From: Mycobacterium phage Rosebush
Reading direction: 5' to 3' (one strand)
DNA: 32,000 bases
Sequence record: NC_004684.1
Both the position numbers and the translations under genes were made by a program. Positions 16,253-24,900 of the stretch are shown here, in pieces. Every line of letters begins with the position of its first letter. Within the stretch, counting starts at the first letter, position 1. The notes beneath the pieces are model-generated. The model was not told the origin of the DNA. It ran no database searches and worked only from the letters and a program-made list of their open reading frames with translations.

Positions 16253-16795
16253 ATGGACGCCGCATCCCATTACGTCGCTCGCCCGGTGTTCGCGCCGGGC
16301 CCGACGCGGCGCTTCACTGTCGTATCAGACCGGGCCGCCGGTGATGTAATGACCAGCGAGGAGCGGCTGGCGCTGGCCGACAAGCTGGCGGCCGAGTACA
16401 CCCGGCACATCGACTACATCCGCACCCAGACGGTGCTGTTCGGTCTGCTGCCGCTCTTCTACGGCATCCTCACCTTCGTCTTTGGCGACGACCTGTGGGC
16501 AGGCGGTGTTGTTTACAGCACCGCGCTCCAGGTGCCGTATGCGCCGCAGTCCTGGGGTGTGGCCTTCATCGTTATGGGCCTGGGCGTCATCGTGAACGCG
16601 TGGTACCGCCGCCAGCGTCTGCTGGTGGCCTCCTGCATGCTCACCGCGCTCATCCTGTCGATGTTCATGGTCACGTTCCTGACCGAGGTGGTGGTCAGTG
16701 ACAACCTGTCTGGCCTGCCGCCTGGCGTGGTGTACGGCATCTTCTCGCTCTCGTTCATGAACCGAGCGCGGCTGGCCTGGAACTCGCGGGGATGA
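16253..16795 (+). CDS. Membrane protein, about four TM segments
   Basis: Hydrophobic stretches TVLFGLLPLFYGILTFVF, WGVAFIVMGLGVIVNAW, LLVASCMLTALILSMFMVTFL, VVYGIFSLSF; GGAGG upstream of the ATG. Confidence 0.75.
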   Translation: MDAASHYVARPVFAPGPTRRFTVVSDRAAGDVMTSEERLALADKLAAEYTRHIDYIRTQTVLFGLLPLFYGILTFVFGDDLWAGGVVYSTALQVPYAPQSWGVAFIVMGLGVIVNAWYRRQRLLVASCMLTALILSMFMVTFLTEVVVSDNLSGLPPGVVYGIFSLSFMNRARLAWNSRG

Positions 16796-17274
16796 GCGGG
16801 GACCAGGTGCGGCGCGTCGTGTGGTGGGCGCGCCATTCGCGCCAGGTTCAAAGCGGGTCGCCGCCGCTCTACCGCATTTTGCTGGTGGCCAGTGTCTGCG
16901 CCGGTGTGGTGCAGAGTTTCAAGCGCACACCGCCGAACAGCATCGCTGAGAACAGCCCCACCTGGTACGGATATGCGCTTATCGGCGTATTGCTATTCGG
17001 GGGAATTACGGCGTTGCTGGGCCTTTATATGGCCGACGAGAATAAGCACCACGCCGCCCGGTTGAATTTCTCGCTCAACGTCGAGCTACTGGGACTTGTA
17101 GCACTGCAAACTGCCACGATCATCAACATGGCGGGGGTTATTGCGAACCAGATTGACCAGGGCAACGGTTGGGCACCGTCGTCGCCGTCGAGCTGGTACA
17201 GCCTTGGGTTCTCGTTGTGGATGTGGTTCCGTATCAAGGACGTCATCCTTGGCATCCAGGTGCTGACGAAATGA
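16792..17274 (+). CDS. Membrane protein, about four TM segments
   Basis: ATGA overlap with previous gene; LYRILLVASVCAGVV, WYGYALIGVLLFGGITALLGLYM, LLGLVALQTATIINMAGVIA, WYSLGFSLWMWF. Confidence 0.72.
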   Translation: MSGDQVRRVVWWARHSRQVQSGSPPLYRILLVASVCAGVVQSFKRTPPNSIAENSPTWYGYALIGVLLFGGITALLGLYMADENKHHAARLNFSLNVELLGLVALQTATIINMAGVIANQIDQGNGWAPSSPSSWYSLGFSLWMWFRIKDVILGIQVLTK

Positions 17275-17603
17275 CGGCGGCGCTGGTCCTGCAACTGCTC
17301 GGCGGCGCTGGTTTTCTGGCCGGGGTCGCGGCCCTGTTGCATTTCCTGAATACCCGCCAGTCCACCCGGTCAAAAGGGAGTGCGGAGGCCTATCAGGCGT
17401 ATCGCACTTTCGTCACCGGTGCATTTGACGATGCGGCGCGCGTGAACACCGGTCTGATGACCGAGCGCGACAAGCTCAACACCGTACGCGCCCTGCTCAT
17501 CGACCTGGTGCAGGAGCTGATTACGCAGCTGCGCGAGCGCGGTGCCACGCCGGACGACGTGGTCGCCTACCAGGACCGCCTGGACGAGGTGCGCGCACTG
17601 TAA
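17271..17603 (+). CDS. Small protein with N-terminal TM segment and helical C-terminus
   Basis: ATG 17271 overlaps the upstream TGA; MTAALVLQLLGGAGFLAGVAALLHFLNTRQSTRSKG...; track ORF (17169) starts too early. Confidence 0.7.
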   Translation: MTAALVLQLLGGAGFLAGVAALLHFLNTRQSTRSKGSAEAYQAYRTFVTGAFDDAARVNTGLMTERDKLNTVRALLIDLVQELITQLRERGATPDDVVAYQDRLDEVRAL

Positions 17604-17620
17604 GGTGCACCGCTGGAATC

Positions 17621-17626
17621 TAGTGT
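17621..17626 (+). promoter_or_regulatory. Candidate -10 hexamer (TAGTGT) for the major tail transcript
   Basis: TAGTGT in the 89-nt gap before the major tail gene; identical hexamer upstream of capsid. Confidence 0.35.
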
Positions 17627-17692
17627 CTGTGGTGCGGCCTCGGAACCCGTACTGGCGCTCAGCGCCTTGGCACTAGCAGGAGACAAGCCAGC

Positions 17693-18772
17693 ATGGCCGA
17701 GTTCCCCGTGGTGAAGGGCTACACCCTCCGCGCCACCAAGATCAACAACTGCGGTCGCCCGGAATCCGGCGCGGCCAACCGCCTCGTCACCGAAGGCTTC
17801 GTCAGCTTCAACCTGTCGCCGGAAATGAAGGCGGCTGAGCAGCTGGAGCAGACCAACGCCGCTGGCAAGGTGTGCGTCACCGACCGCACGCCGCCTGAGC
17901 GCAAGTGGTGGAACATCGAGGCCACCCTGTGCAACGTCAACACCGAACTCATCACCCTGTTCACCGGGTGGGAGCAGGTTGTCGACTTCGCCGACCTGCC
18001 TGTCGGTATCCGTGACAAGGCTGAGGTCGATGGCGACTACGGCGTGGCGTTGGAGGTCTGGACCGGCGGCGAAGGCGAGGACGACTGCCCGGTGCCGACC
18101 ACGGACTCGATCTTCTCGGTGGCCACCTCCGGTAAGCAGTACGGCTACCTGCTGCTGGGCGGCAAGGAGTTCACGCTCGGCAACATCGAAATCGGCGCGT
18201 CGGTGTCCACGTTCACCATCTCGGGTATCTCGCTGGCCATGCCGCACTGGGGCAAGGGTCCGTACAACGTGGCCGCCATCGACGGCAACGGCACGCCCGG
18301 CCGCCTGCTGGCACCGACCGGCAAGAAGGAGCACATCACCCTGTTCCGCACGCCGGTGCCGCCCCCGGAGCCGACCGGCGGCGCGGTGCCGCTCGACATC
18401 ACCGGCAAGTTCCAGGGCACGACCTACTACTTCGGCGGCCCGGCGGGCGCACCGGCGGCCGACGTGGCTCCCGAGCAGGACGACGGCACCGAGCTGGTGC
18501 TGTCGGTGTCCGGCACCGCCACCGCTGGGCAGTTCAAGCTGGCGGTCAACGGCAAGGTCACCGACAACATCGACTACGACGCGACGGCGGCCGAGGTCAA
18601 GACCGCGCTGGTGGCTCTGGACGATGGCTTTGAGGCCAGCGACTGGGCGACCAGCGGTGGACCTCTGCCCGGTGACGACGTGACCATCGTGCCGCCGCTG
18701 GGCGCGACGGTAACCATCAGCCAGCAGTCGCTGACCGGTGGCACGCTCTCGCTGGATGTGGCGGCGTCCTAA
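17693..18772 (+). CDS. Major tail protein with C-terminal add-on domain
   Basis: 359 aa; MAEFPVVKGYTLRATKINNCGRPESGAANRLVTEGFVSFNLSPEMKAAEQLEQTNAAGKVCVTDRTPPERKWWNIEATLCNV; position between the connector region and tail genes; AGGAGA ribosome-binding site. Confidence 0.85.
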   Translation: MAEFPVVKGYTLRATKINNCGRPESGAANRLVTEGFVSFNLSPEMKAAEQLEQTNAAGKVCVTDRTPPERKWWNIEATLCNVNTELITLFTGWEQVVDFADLPVGIRDKAEVDGDYGVALEVWTGGEGEDDCPVPTTDSIFSVATSGKQYGYLLLGGKEFTLGNIEIGASVSTFTISGISLAMPHWGKGPYNVAAIDGNGTPGRLLAPTGKKEHITLFRTPVPPPEPTGGAVPLDITGKFQGTTYYFGGPAGAPAADVAPEQDDGTELVLSVSGTATAGQFKLAVNGKVTDNIDYDATAAEVKTALVALDDGFEASDWATSGGPLPGDDVTIVPPLGATVTISQQSLTGGTLSLDVAAS

Positions 18773-18782
18773 GCACCGACGA

Positions 18783-18819
18783 AACAACCCCCGTACCCGA
18801 GGCCGGTACGGGGGTTGTT
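18783..18819. terminator. Terminator hairpin between the major tail gene and a convergent reverse-strand gene
   Basis: Perfect 15-bp stem AACAACCCCCGTACC / GGTACGGGGGTTGTT with a 7-nt loop. Confidence 0.85.
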
Positions 18820-18831
18820 CGTTTGTGGGGG

Positions 18832-18945
18832 TTACTCGTCAGGCTCTGGCTCGTAGAACTCGCAGGTCGGGTCGTGGTCGGTGACCGGGTGGCCGCACTC
18901 AGGGCACCAGCGCGGCTCCTCCACGTCGGCGGGGTCGCGGCGCAT
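18832..18945 (-). CDS. 37-aa zinc-ribbon-like microprotein
   Basis: MRRDPADVEEPRWCPECGHPVTDHDPTCEFYEPEPDE (CPEC...C); ATG overlaps the stop of the upstream reverse-strand gene by 1 nt. Confidence 0.6.
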   Translation of the reverse strand: MRRDPADVEEPRWCPECGHPVTDHDPTCEFYEPEPDE

Positions 18946-19136
18946 CAGACCAGGCCCTTGTCCATGTAGCGGCGCAGGATGGCCAGCGCGGTGTCGATGT
19001 CCTTGTAGGCGGCAATCTCGGCCAGCTCGCGCAGGTCGCTGGTCTCCGGGTTGGCACCGGCGGCCGGGCAGGTCATGAAGTGCGGCAGGCTGGCGTCCTC
19101 GGAGGTGAGGCAGTCGCATCCGGTGGCGTTCGACAT
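18945..19136 (-). CDS. 63-aa hypothetical protein
   Basis: MSNATGCDCLTSEDASLPHFMTCPAAGANPETSDLRELAEIAAYKDIDTALAILRRYMDKGLV; GAAAGGA ribosome-binding site, downstream of the duplicated promoter module. Confidence 0.65.
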   Translation of the reverse strand: MSNATGCDCLTSEDASLPHFMTCPAAGANPETSDLRELAEIAAYKDIDTALAILRRYMDKGLV

Positions 19137-19154
19137 GTCGTGTCCTTTCGGGTG

Positions 19155-19213
19155 GGCGGGTCTGTCCCGCCGTGCAAGACCAACAATACGTCGACATCGC
19201 GGTGTTGTCTCCC
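19155..19213 (-). promoter_or_regulatory. Promoter plus 5'UTR hairpin module, copy 2
   Basis: Minus strand GAGACA (complement 19206-19211), 17-nt spacer, TATTGT (complement 19183-19188), hairpin GGCGGG-ACAGA-CCCGCC (19155-19171); 57/59 identical to 6530-6588. Confidence 0.75.
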
Positions 19214-19246
19214 CCGTGGTGCGTGCCCGCGCGATAGCCTGAGCCG

Positions 19247-20032
19247 GTGAGTTGTGACTGGCCAGTCGACCGCTCCTGCTTCGATGCCCTGCCGCCGGAG
19301 CCGGAGCCACCTGGCGACGGAGCGAGCGAGCAGGAACAGGCCGCATACGCCGCCGCCGTGGCCGAGCGGGAGGCGCTGATCCAGCGGCGCAACATGGCCG
19401 AGGACACCGCTGTCATGGTGCTGTGGGCGTTCACCGGTCGCCAGTTCGGCCTCTGCGAAACCACCGTGCGCCCATGCCCGGGCGGCGGTGGCCCGCGCGA
19501 CATGCGCCCCTGGAGCCAGCCGCTGCTGTGGTGGGACGGCACGCACTGGCTCAACGCCAGCTGCGGGTGCGCCGGGCGGTGCCAGGTCTCCGGGCCTGGC
19601 GTCGTGCACCTGCCCAGTCCGGCGGCCGAGGTGCTGGCGGTGACGCTCGGCGACACCGTGCTGGACGAAAGCGAGTACGTGCTGGAAGGTAACGCGCTCT
19701 ACCGGCGCGGCGGCAAGGCCTGGCCGAGCCAAGACCTGGGACGGCCACTCGGTGAGCGCGGCACCTGGAGCGTGCAGTACCTGCGCGGCCTGCCGGTGCC
19801 CGCCGGGGGCGACAAGATGGCGGGCCTGCTGGCCAAGGAGTTCGTCAGCGCGTGTGACGGCGGCGCATGCCGGTTGCCGCGCACCGTGGTGCAGACAACG
19901 CGCCAGGGCGTCACGCACGTGTTCGACGCCACCAAGCTCCTGGACCTGGGATACACCGGCCTAACCGAGGTGGATACCTGGCTGGCCGCGATCAACCCCC
20001 ACCACCTCCAGCAGGCACCGGTGGTCCTGTGA
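19247..20032 (+). CDS. Head-tail connector-region protein, function unknown
   Basis: 261-aa ORF; TAGCCT-N6-GTG start; lies between major tail and completion genes; LLWWDGTHWLNASCGCAGRCQVSGPGVVHLPSPAAEVLAVTLGDTVLDESEYVLEGNALYRRGG. Confidence 0.75.
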   Translation: MSCDWPVDRSCFDALPPEPEPPGDGASEQEQAAYAAAVAEREALIQRRNMAEDTAVMVLWAFTGRQFGLCETTVRPCPGGGGPRDMRPWSQPLLWWDGTHWLNASCGCAGRCQVSGPGVVHLPSPAAEVLAVTLGDTVLDESEYVLEGNALYRRGGKAWPSQDLGRPLGERGTWSVQYLRGLPVPAGGDKMAGLLAKEFVSACDGGACRLPRTVVQTTRQGVTHVFDATKLLDLGYTGLTEVDTWLAAINPHHLQQAPVVL

Positions 20033-20589
20033 CCGCACCGGAGGCCGTGGTGCCTGAAGACCCCGCCATCAGCGCGGTGAACGCGTTCGTGGCCGCGCTC
20101 AAGCTGGCGTTCAACCCCGACGACAAGGTCCAGCCACCGCTGGGCGGCGGCACCAAGAACGTGCGGTTCTTCGCCGGTGACGGCCCGGCCCTTGCGGCGT
20201 TCGACGCGCACGTCGGGGTGTCTGGCGACAACTGCGCAGAGCCTTTCGCCTGGGTGCGCCTGGCGCGCCGGTACTACTTCCGGCCCGGCGCGTTCCCGGC
20301 CCCTGTGGTCGACACCAGCGAGAAGTGCGCCGACACCATGGCGGCGGCGGCCATCGAGATCGGCGTCGCCCGGTGCACCGTCACCGCGCAGGCCACCCCG
20401 ACGTTCGAGCAGTACGCGCACGAGGCCGAGGTCAGCCTGGACGACTCCTGGCGCATCAGCCTGGCGCTGTGCACGGCGGCGAAGATGCTGCGCACCCCCA
20501 AGCGCAACGTCGGACTCGACACCATCACGCCGTATGGTCCCGAAGGCGGCGTCATCGCCTGGGTGGGCCAGGCATTCGTCCAGCTATAG
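20029..20589 (+). CDS. Phage head-tail region protein, function unknown
   Basis: GTG 20029 overlaps the upstream TGA; 186 aa in frame to TAG 20589; track ORF (19867) starts too early. Confidence 0.75.
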   Translation: MTAPEAVVPEDPAISAVNAFVAALKLAFNPDDKVQPPLGGGTKNVRFFAGDGPALAAFDAHVGVSGDNCAEPFAWVRLARRYYFRPGAFPAPVVDTSEKCADTMAAAAIEIGVARCTVTAQATPTFEQYAHEAEVSLDDSWRISLALCTAAKMLRTPKRNVGLDTITPYGPEGGVIAWVGQAFVQL

Positions 20590-20597
20590 GAGGCACC

Positions 20598-20951
20598 GTG
20601 GAGGTCACCGTCGAAGGCACGCTCACGCCGAGCGTCTACCTGGGCACCGGCGAGCGCCAGCGCGTCGAGCTGACCCCAGAGGTCCGGCGCAAGATCAGCC
20701 GTGGCTACATCAAGATCGTGGCCTACCACGACACCGACCCGGTCACCCCCGAACCCGAGGAGCGCCTGGAGGCACCGCAGGCGGTGCCGTCCACACCGGA
20801 GGCGGTGGCCCCGAAGCCACCGGCACGCAACGCCAGCCGCGACGACTGGGCTGAGTTCCTGGCCAGCTTCCCGGACAACGCGTTTGTCACCGAGGGCAAG
20901 GACCGTGCGGCGCTGATCGCTGAGTGGGACGAGTACCTGGAGAACAGCTAG
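20598..20951 (+). CDS. Head-tail region protein with helical C-terminus
   Basis: AGGAGG then GTG 20598; 117 aa, MEVTVEGTLTPSVYLGTGERQRVELTPEVRRKISRGYIKIV...SRDDWAEFLASFPDNAFVTEGKDRAALIAEWDEYLENS. Confidence 0.78.
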   Translation: MEVTVEGTLTPSVYLGTGERQRVELTPEVRRKISRGYIKIVAYHDTDPVTPEPEERLEAPQAVPSTPEAVAPKPPARNASRDDWAEFLASFPDNAFVTEGKDRAALIAEWDEYLENS

Positions 20952-21379
20952 TGGTCCAGGTCAGCGTGCGCTACGAAGGTTTCGACTACAACCCGGTCGG
21001 AGCGGCGGCGCAGGTCGGCCCGATCCTGCGGCGCACCCATAGCTCGCTGACCCGCCAAATCGCCAACGAGACCCGTGCACGGGTGCCGGTGCTGACCGGG
21101 CACCTGGGCCGGTCAGTGCGGGAAGACCCGCAGGTCATGGTCACCCCGTTCCACGTGTCCGGCGGTGTCACCGCGCACGCGAAATACGCCGCAGCTGTCC
21201 ACGAGGGGACTCGGCCACACGTTATCCGGGCCAAGCACGCGCAGGCGCTTCACTTCTGGTGGCGTGGCCGCGAGGTGTTCGTGCGCCAGGTCAACCACCC
21301 CGGCACGCGCGCCCGGCCGTATCTGCGCAACGCAGGCGAGGCGGTGGTCCGGCGCGACCGCCGCATCCGTGTGCGCTGA
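20951..21379 (+). CDS. HK97 gp10-like head-tail completion/tail component
   Basis: GTG 20951 overlaps TAG; TRARVPVLTGHLGRSV...AKYAAAVHEGTRPHVIRAKHAQALHFWWRGREVFVRQVNHPGTRARPYLRNA. Confidence 0.85.
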   Translation: MVQVSVRYEGFDYNPVGAAAQVGPILRRTHSSLTRQIANETRARVPVLTGHLGRSVREDPQVMVTPFHVSGGVTAHAKYAAAVHEGTRPHVIRAKHAQALHFWWRGREVFVRQVNHPGTRARPYLRNAGEAVVRRDRRIRVR

Positions 21380-21434
21380 CCATGTGTCGCACGGCGGTGA
21401 TATCGTGCGATCAACTACGACGTAAGGCCTCGAA

Positions 21435-21920
21435 ATGACAACCTTCGCACCTGACGGTTCCGTGCTGGACGACGACGGAGAGGACACCCCGACCACCGAC
21501 GAGGTGTTCAACGCGCCGGTCAAGCATGAGGACAAGGCACCGGCCATCGACACCACCACCGAGCTGGCGGTGGTGGAAGAGGTCAAGGACGTGGCCGAGG
21601 TAGACCACCGATGGATGCACGACTACCTGGAGTTCGAGGGCGACCGCCTGGAGGTGCGCCTGCCAACCGAGCAGGCGCTCTCGGCGTTCTCCATCTCGGT
21701 GTCGAAGTACATGCCTGCGGAAGTGCAGAACGACATGGTCGGCCTGTTCATCGCCAAGCACATGTCCCCCGCGAGCTACACCCACGTCATGGCCCGCATG
21801 ATGGATCCCGATGACCCGACCTACACCAGCAAGACGGTCGGCGAACTCATGGGCGCGATCAGCCGGGCATCCATGGCCGCCCGCAAGGCCGCACAGGAAA
21901 CCAGCGAAGAGTCGAAATAG
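21435..21920 (+). CDS. Tail assembly chaperone-like protein
   Basis: 161-aa acidic protein immediately upstream of the tape measure gene; WMHDYLEFEGDRLEVRLPTEQALSAFSISVSKYMPAEVQNDMVGLFIAKHMSPASY. Confidence 0.75.
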   Translation: MTTFAPDGSVLDDDGEDTPTTDEVFNAPVKHEDKAPAIDTTTELAVVEEVKDVAEVDHRWMHDYLEFEGDRLEVRLPTEQALSAFSISVSKYMPAEVQNDMVGLFIAKHMSPASYTHVMARMMDPDDPTYTSKTVGELMGAISRASMAARKAAQETSEESK

Positions 21921-21945
21921 CAGCCTTGTGCGATAGCCTGGCCCG

Positions 21946-24900
21946 GTGACCACCGCCGGGAGCATCAACCTCGGCGTCGACATTGACGCCTCCGACTTGC
22001 GTGGTGAGCTGACCCGCGCGGTCCAGGAGGCCATGGGGCCGGTGCTCGCCGACCTGAACCGCGACATGCGGAACAGCCAGCGCCAGGCACAGTCTGGCTA
22101 CCGGGACACCGCACGCGCCGCCAACGACAGCGCGAACCAGCAGCGCCTGGCAGCTCAGCGCGTCCAGCGCGGCATCCATGGCATCACCGAGGAGCACCGC
22201 AGGGCCACGGCGGCGGCGACCGCCTTCGGACTGGCGCAGGTGGCCTCCCTGCGCGACGGCACCCGCGCGATCAACGCGCAGGCGCGAGCATGGGACCGCC
22301 TGGCGGCGGCCAAGGCCCGCGCGGCGGCGGTGCCGAACCCCGATGCTCCCCGTGGCCCGCCACCCGGTACAGGCGGTGGCGGCGGCGGCGGCGGTCGCGC
22401 TGGCGGTGGACGTGCAGGCGGCGTCGGCGGATTCCTAACCAGCCCGCTGGGCCTCAACGCCATCGCCGTCGGCGCGGCGGCGATCCCGCCCGCGCTCCAG
22501 GCCGGTTCCCTGGCAGCGGCCAACCTGCTCGGTGCCATTCAGCAGCTGACGCAGGCAGGCCTCGCTCTGCCCGGTGTGTTCGCCGGTATCGCCACATCGG
22601 TCGGTACGGCGGTGTTCGGCTTCAAAGGCCTCGGTGAGGCCGTTACGGCGCTGTGGGAGGCCGCCGCCAGCGGCGACCCCAAAGACCTGGAGAAGGCCGC
22701 AGAAGCGCTCAAGGACATGGCCCCGGCGGCGCAGGACGTGGCCAAGGCCGTGGCTGGCACGCGCGACCGGTTCGTGGACCTGCGCAAAGAGGTCCAGCAG
22801 AACATGTTCGAGGGCGTGGCTGGCGACTTCAACACGCTGGTCGACCGGCAGTTCCCGGCGGTGCAGGCCGGGCTGGCCAAGACCAGCAAGGCCTGGAACT
22901 CGACCATTCGGGAGCTGCTGCGCGTCGGTGCCAGCGACAAGGTGACCGGGTTCCTGGACCGCATTTTCGGCAACACCGCCGAAGGCCAGAAGCGCGCCAA
23001 CGCCGCCATCGAACCGCTGATCAACGGCCTGGGCCGACTGGCCGCCGTCGGCAGCGATTTCCTGCCACGCCTTGGTGACGGCCTGGCCAAGCTGGCCAAC
23101 CGGTTCGACGCCTTCATCACCAAGGCCGAGCAGTCCGGCGATCTGGCCAAGTGGATTGACGAAGGCTTCCGGGCGGCGGCCAACTTTGGCGAGAGCCTGC
23201 TCAACATCGGCAAGATACTGACCGACATCACCAAGGCCGCCGGTGGCGACGGCGGGTTCCTGAAATGGCTCCGCGACGCCACCACGCAACTGCACGAGTT
23301 CCTGTCCAGCGACGAGGGCCAGGAGAAGCTGACCAACTTCTTCAACGAAGGCCGCCAGGCCATCGCGGAGTGGAAGCCGATCCTCCAGGACCTGATCAGC
23401 GTTGCTCGCCAGGTGTTCGACGGGTTCCGGCAATGGGGCGAGTTCATGCTCCCGGTGCTGCGCACGGTGGCCGATCTGCTGGCCTCCATGCCCGACAGCG
23501 TGACGGCGGTGGTGACCGCTTTCCTGGCCTGGAAGACGCTGTCCGGCGTCACCAGCCTGCTCACCAACCTCGGCGGCATCGGTCGCGGCCTGGACAGCCT
23601 GCCGGGCCGCGCGAACACCGCCGCCGGTGGTATCACCCGCGCGCTCAACAAGATCGCTGTCCCGGCCTTGCTGGCACCGCTGCTGACCGGGTACACCGAC
23701 GGCCTGGTCGGCCCGGACCAGAGCGTGGCCTCCAACCTGGGCGGCGGCGCGCTCAACATCGCTGGCGGCGCACTGCTCGGTGCGCAGTTCGGGCCGTGGG
23801 GCGCGGCGTTGGGCGCGATGATCGGCGCTGGCGTCACTCTGTTCCAGTCCACCAAGGAGCGGCTGGACAAGGCCAAGGCCGAGTGGGAGGCCCAGTGGGA
23901 GGAGGACCACAACGCTGGTCCCGACCGCCCCGGCTCGACCGAGCAACAGCTCGCTGCATTCCCGGAGCTGCGCGGCACCCGCCTGCCGAGCCTGTACAAC
24001 CCGGACGGCTCGCTCAAGCCGTCGCCAGGCCAGCAGTTCGCCGACGTGATCGGTTCCGGCAAGGTGCCCGGCGCGGTGATCAACCCCGACGGCACGGTCA
24101 CCTACAACGGCGTGACCATCCCGAACTTCAAGGTGCCGCAGCCCGGCACGCCGACGCAGCAGCCGTACCCGCTGCGCACCGCTCCGGTGCAGGGTCCGCA
24201 GGCGGTGCCGCCGCCCAAAATGCCGGTGCCTGCGGTGCCCGACATCGCGCCGAGCGACCTCGGCGGTCTGCTCGGTGCCAAGGAAGAGGTGCGCCAGCTC
24301 GCCACCGAAATCACCGAGCTGCCGGAAGGCGAGGTCCGTATCAAAGACCCGTCGCCGGAGCTGCTGGAAAACCTGAACAAGGTCGACGCCACCATCACCA
24401 AGGTCGGCGAAAACGAGATTCAGGTGAAGGCCGACACCAAGAAGGCCCAGGCCGAAGTCGACGCCTTCGTGCTCAAGTACAAGCAACAGCAAATCCAGCT
24501 CCAGATCAGCGCGCTACCGCCGGGGGCGGTGCCGCAGGGCCGCGCGTTCGGCGGTGCCATCTACGGCGGTGTGCCGGGCCGCGATAGCGTCCCGGCCATG
24601 CTCATGCCGGGCGAGCACGTCCTGACGACAGCGGACGTGGCGCGCATGGGCGGCCAGGCCAACGTCTACGCGTTCCGGCGCGCACTGCACTTCGCCGACG
24701 GCGGTGAGGTTCCAGGCCTGCCGACCATTCCAGGCGTCAGCGACGACAACACCGAGCTGGGCGTGCTGCGCCAGATTCGTGACCTGCTGGCAGGGAAGAC
24801 CGGCACCGGGCCGCTGGTCGATACGGCCAAGGCGGTCGGCAACATCGCGCAGGACACCACACAGGGCGGCAGCGGTAGCGCCACCGGGCCGTTCGGCACC

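Noticed and set aside
22370-22430. GGCGGCGGCGG-rich stretch as a possible regulatory or repeat element
   Set aside because: It encodes a Gly/Arg-rich linker (GTGGGGGGGGRAGGGRAGG) in the tape measure frame; it is codon-level low complexity rather than a separate element.
22435-24492. Long minus-strand ORF (685 aa) and many similar antisense ORFs (for example 25606-27519, 12504-14201, 17567-18787, 10454-12130)
   Set aside because: They mirror well-supported plus-strand genes and have low-complexity Arg/Ala/Gly/Val/His-rich translations without recognizable motifs. They are shadow ORFs expected in high-GC coding DNA.
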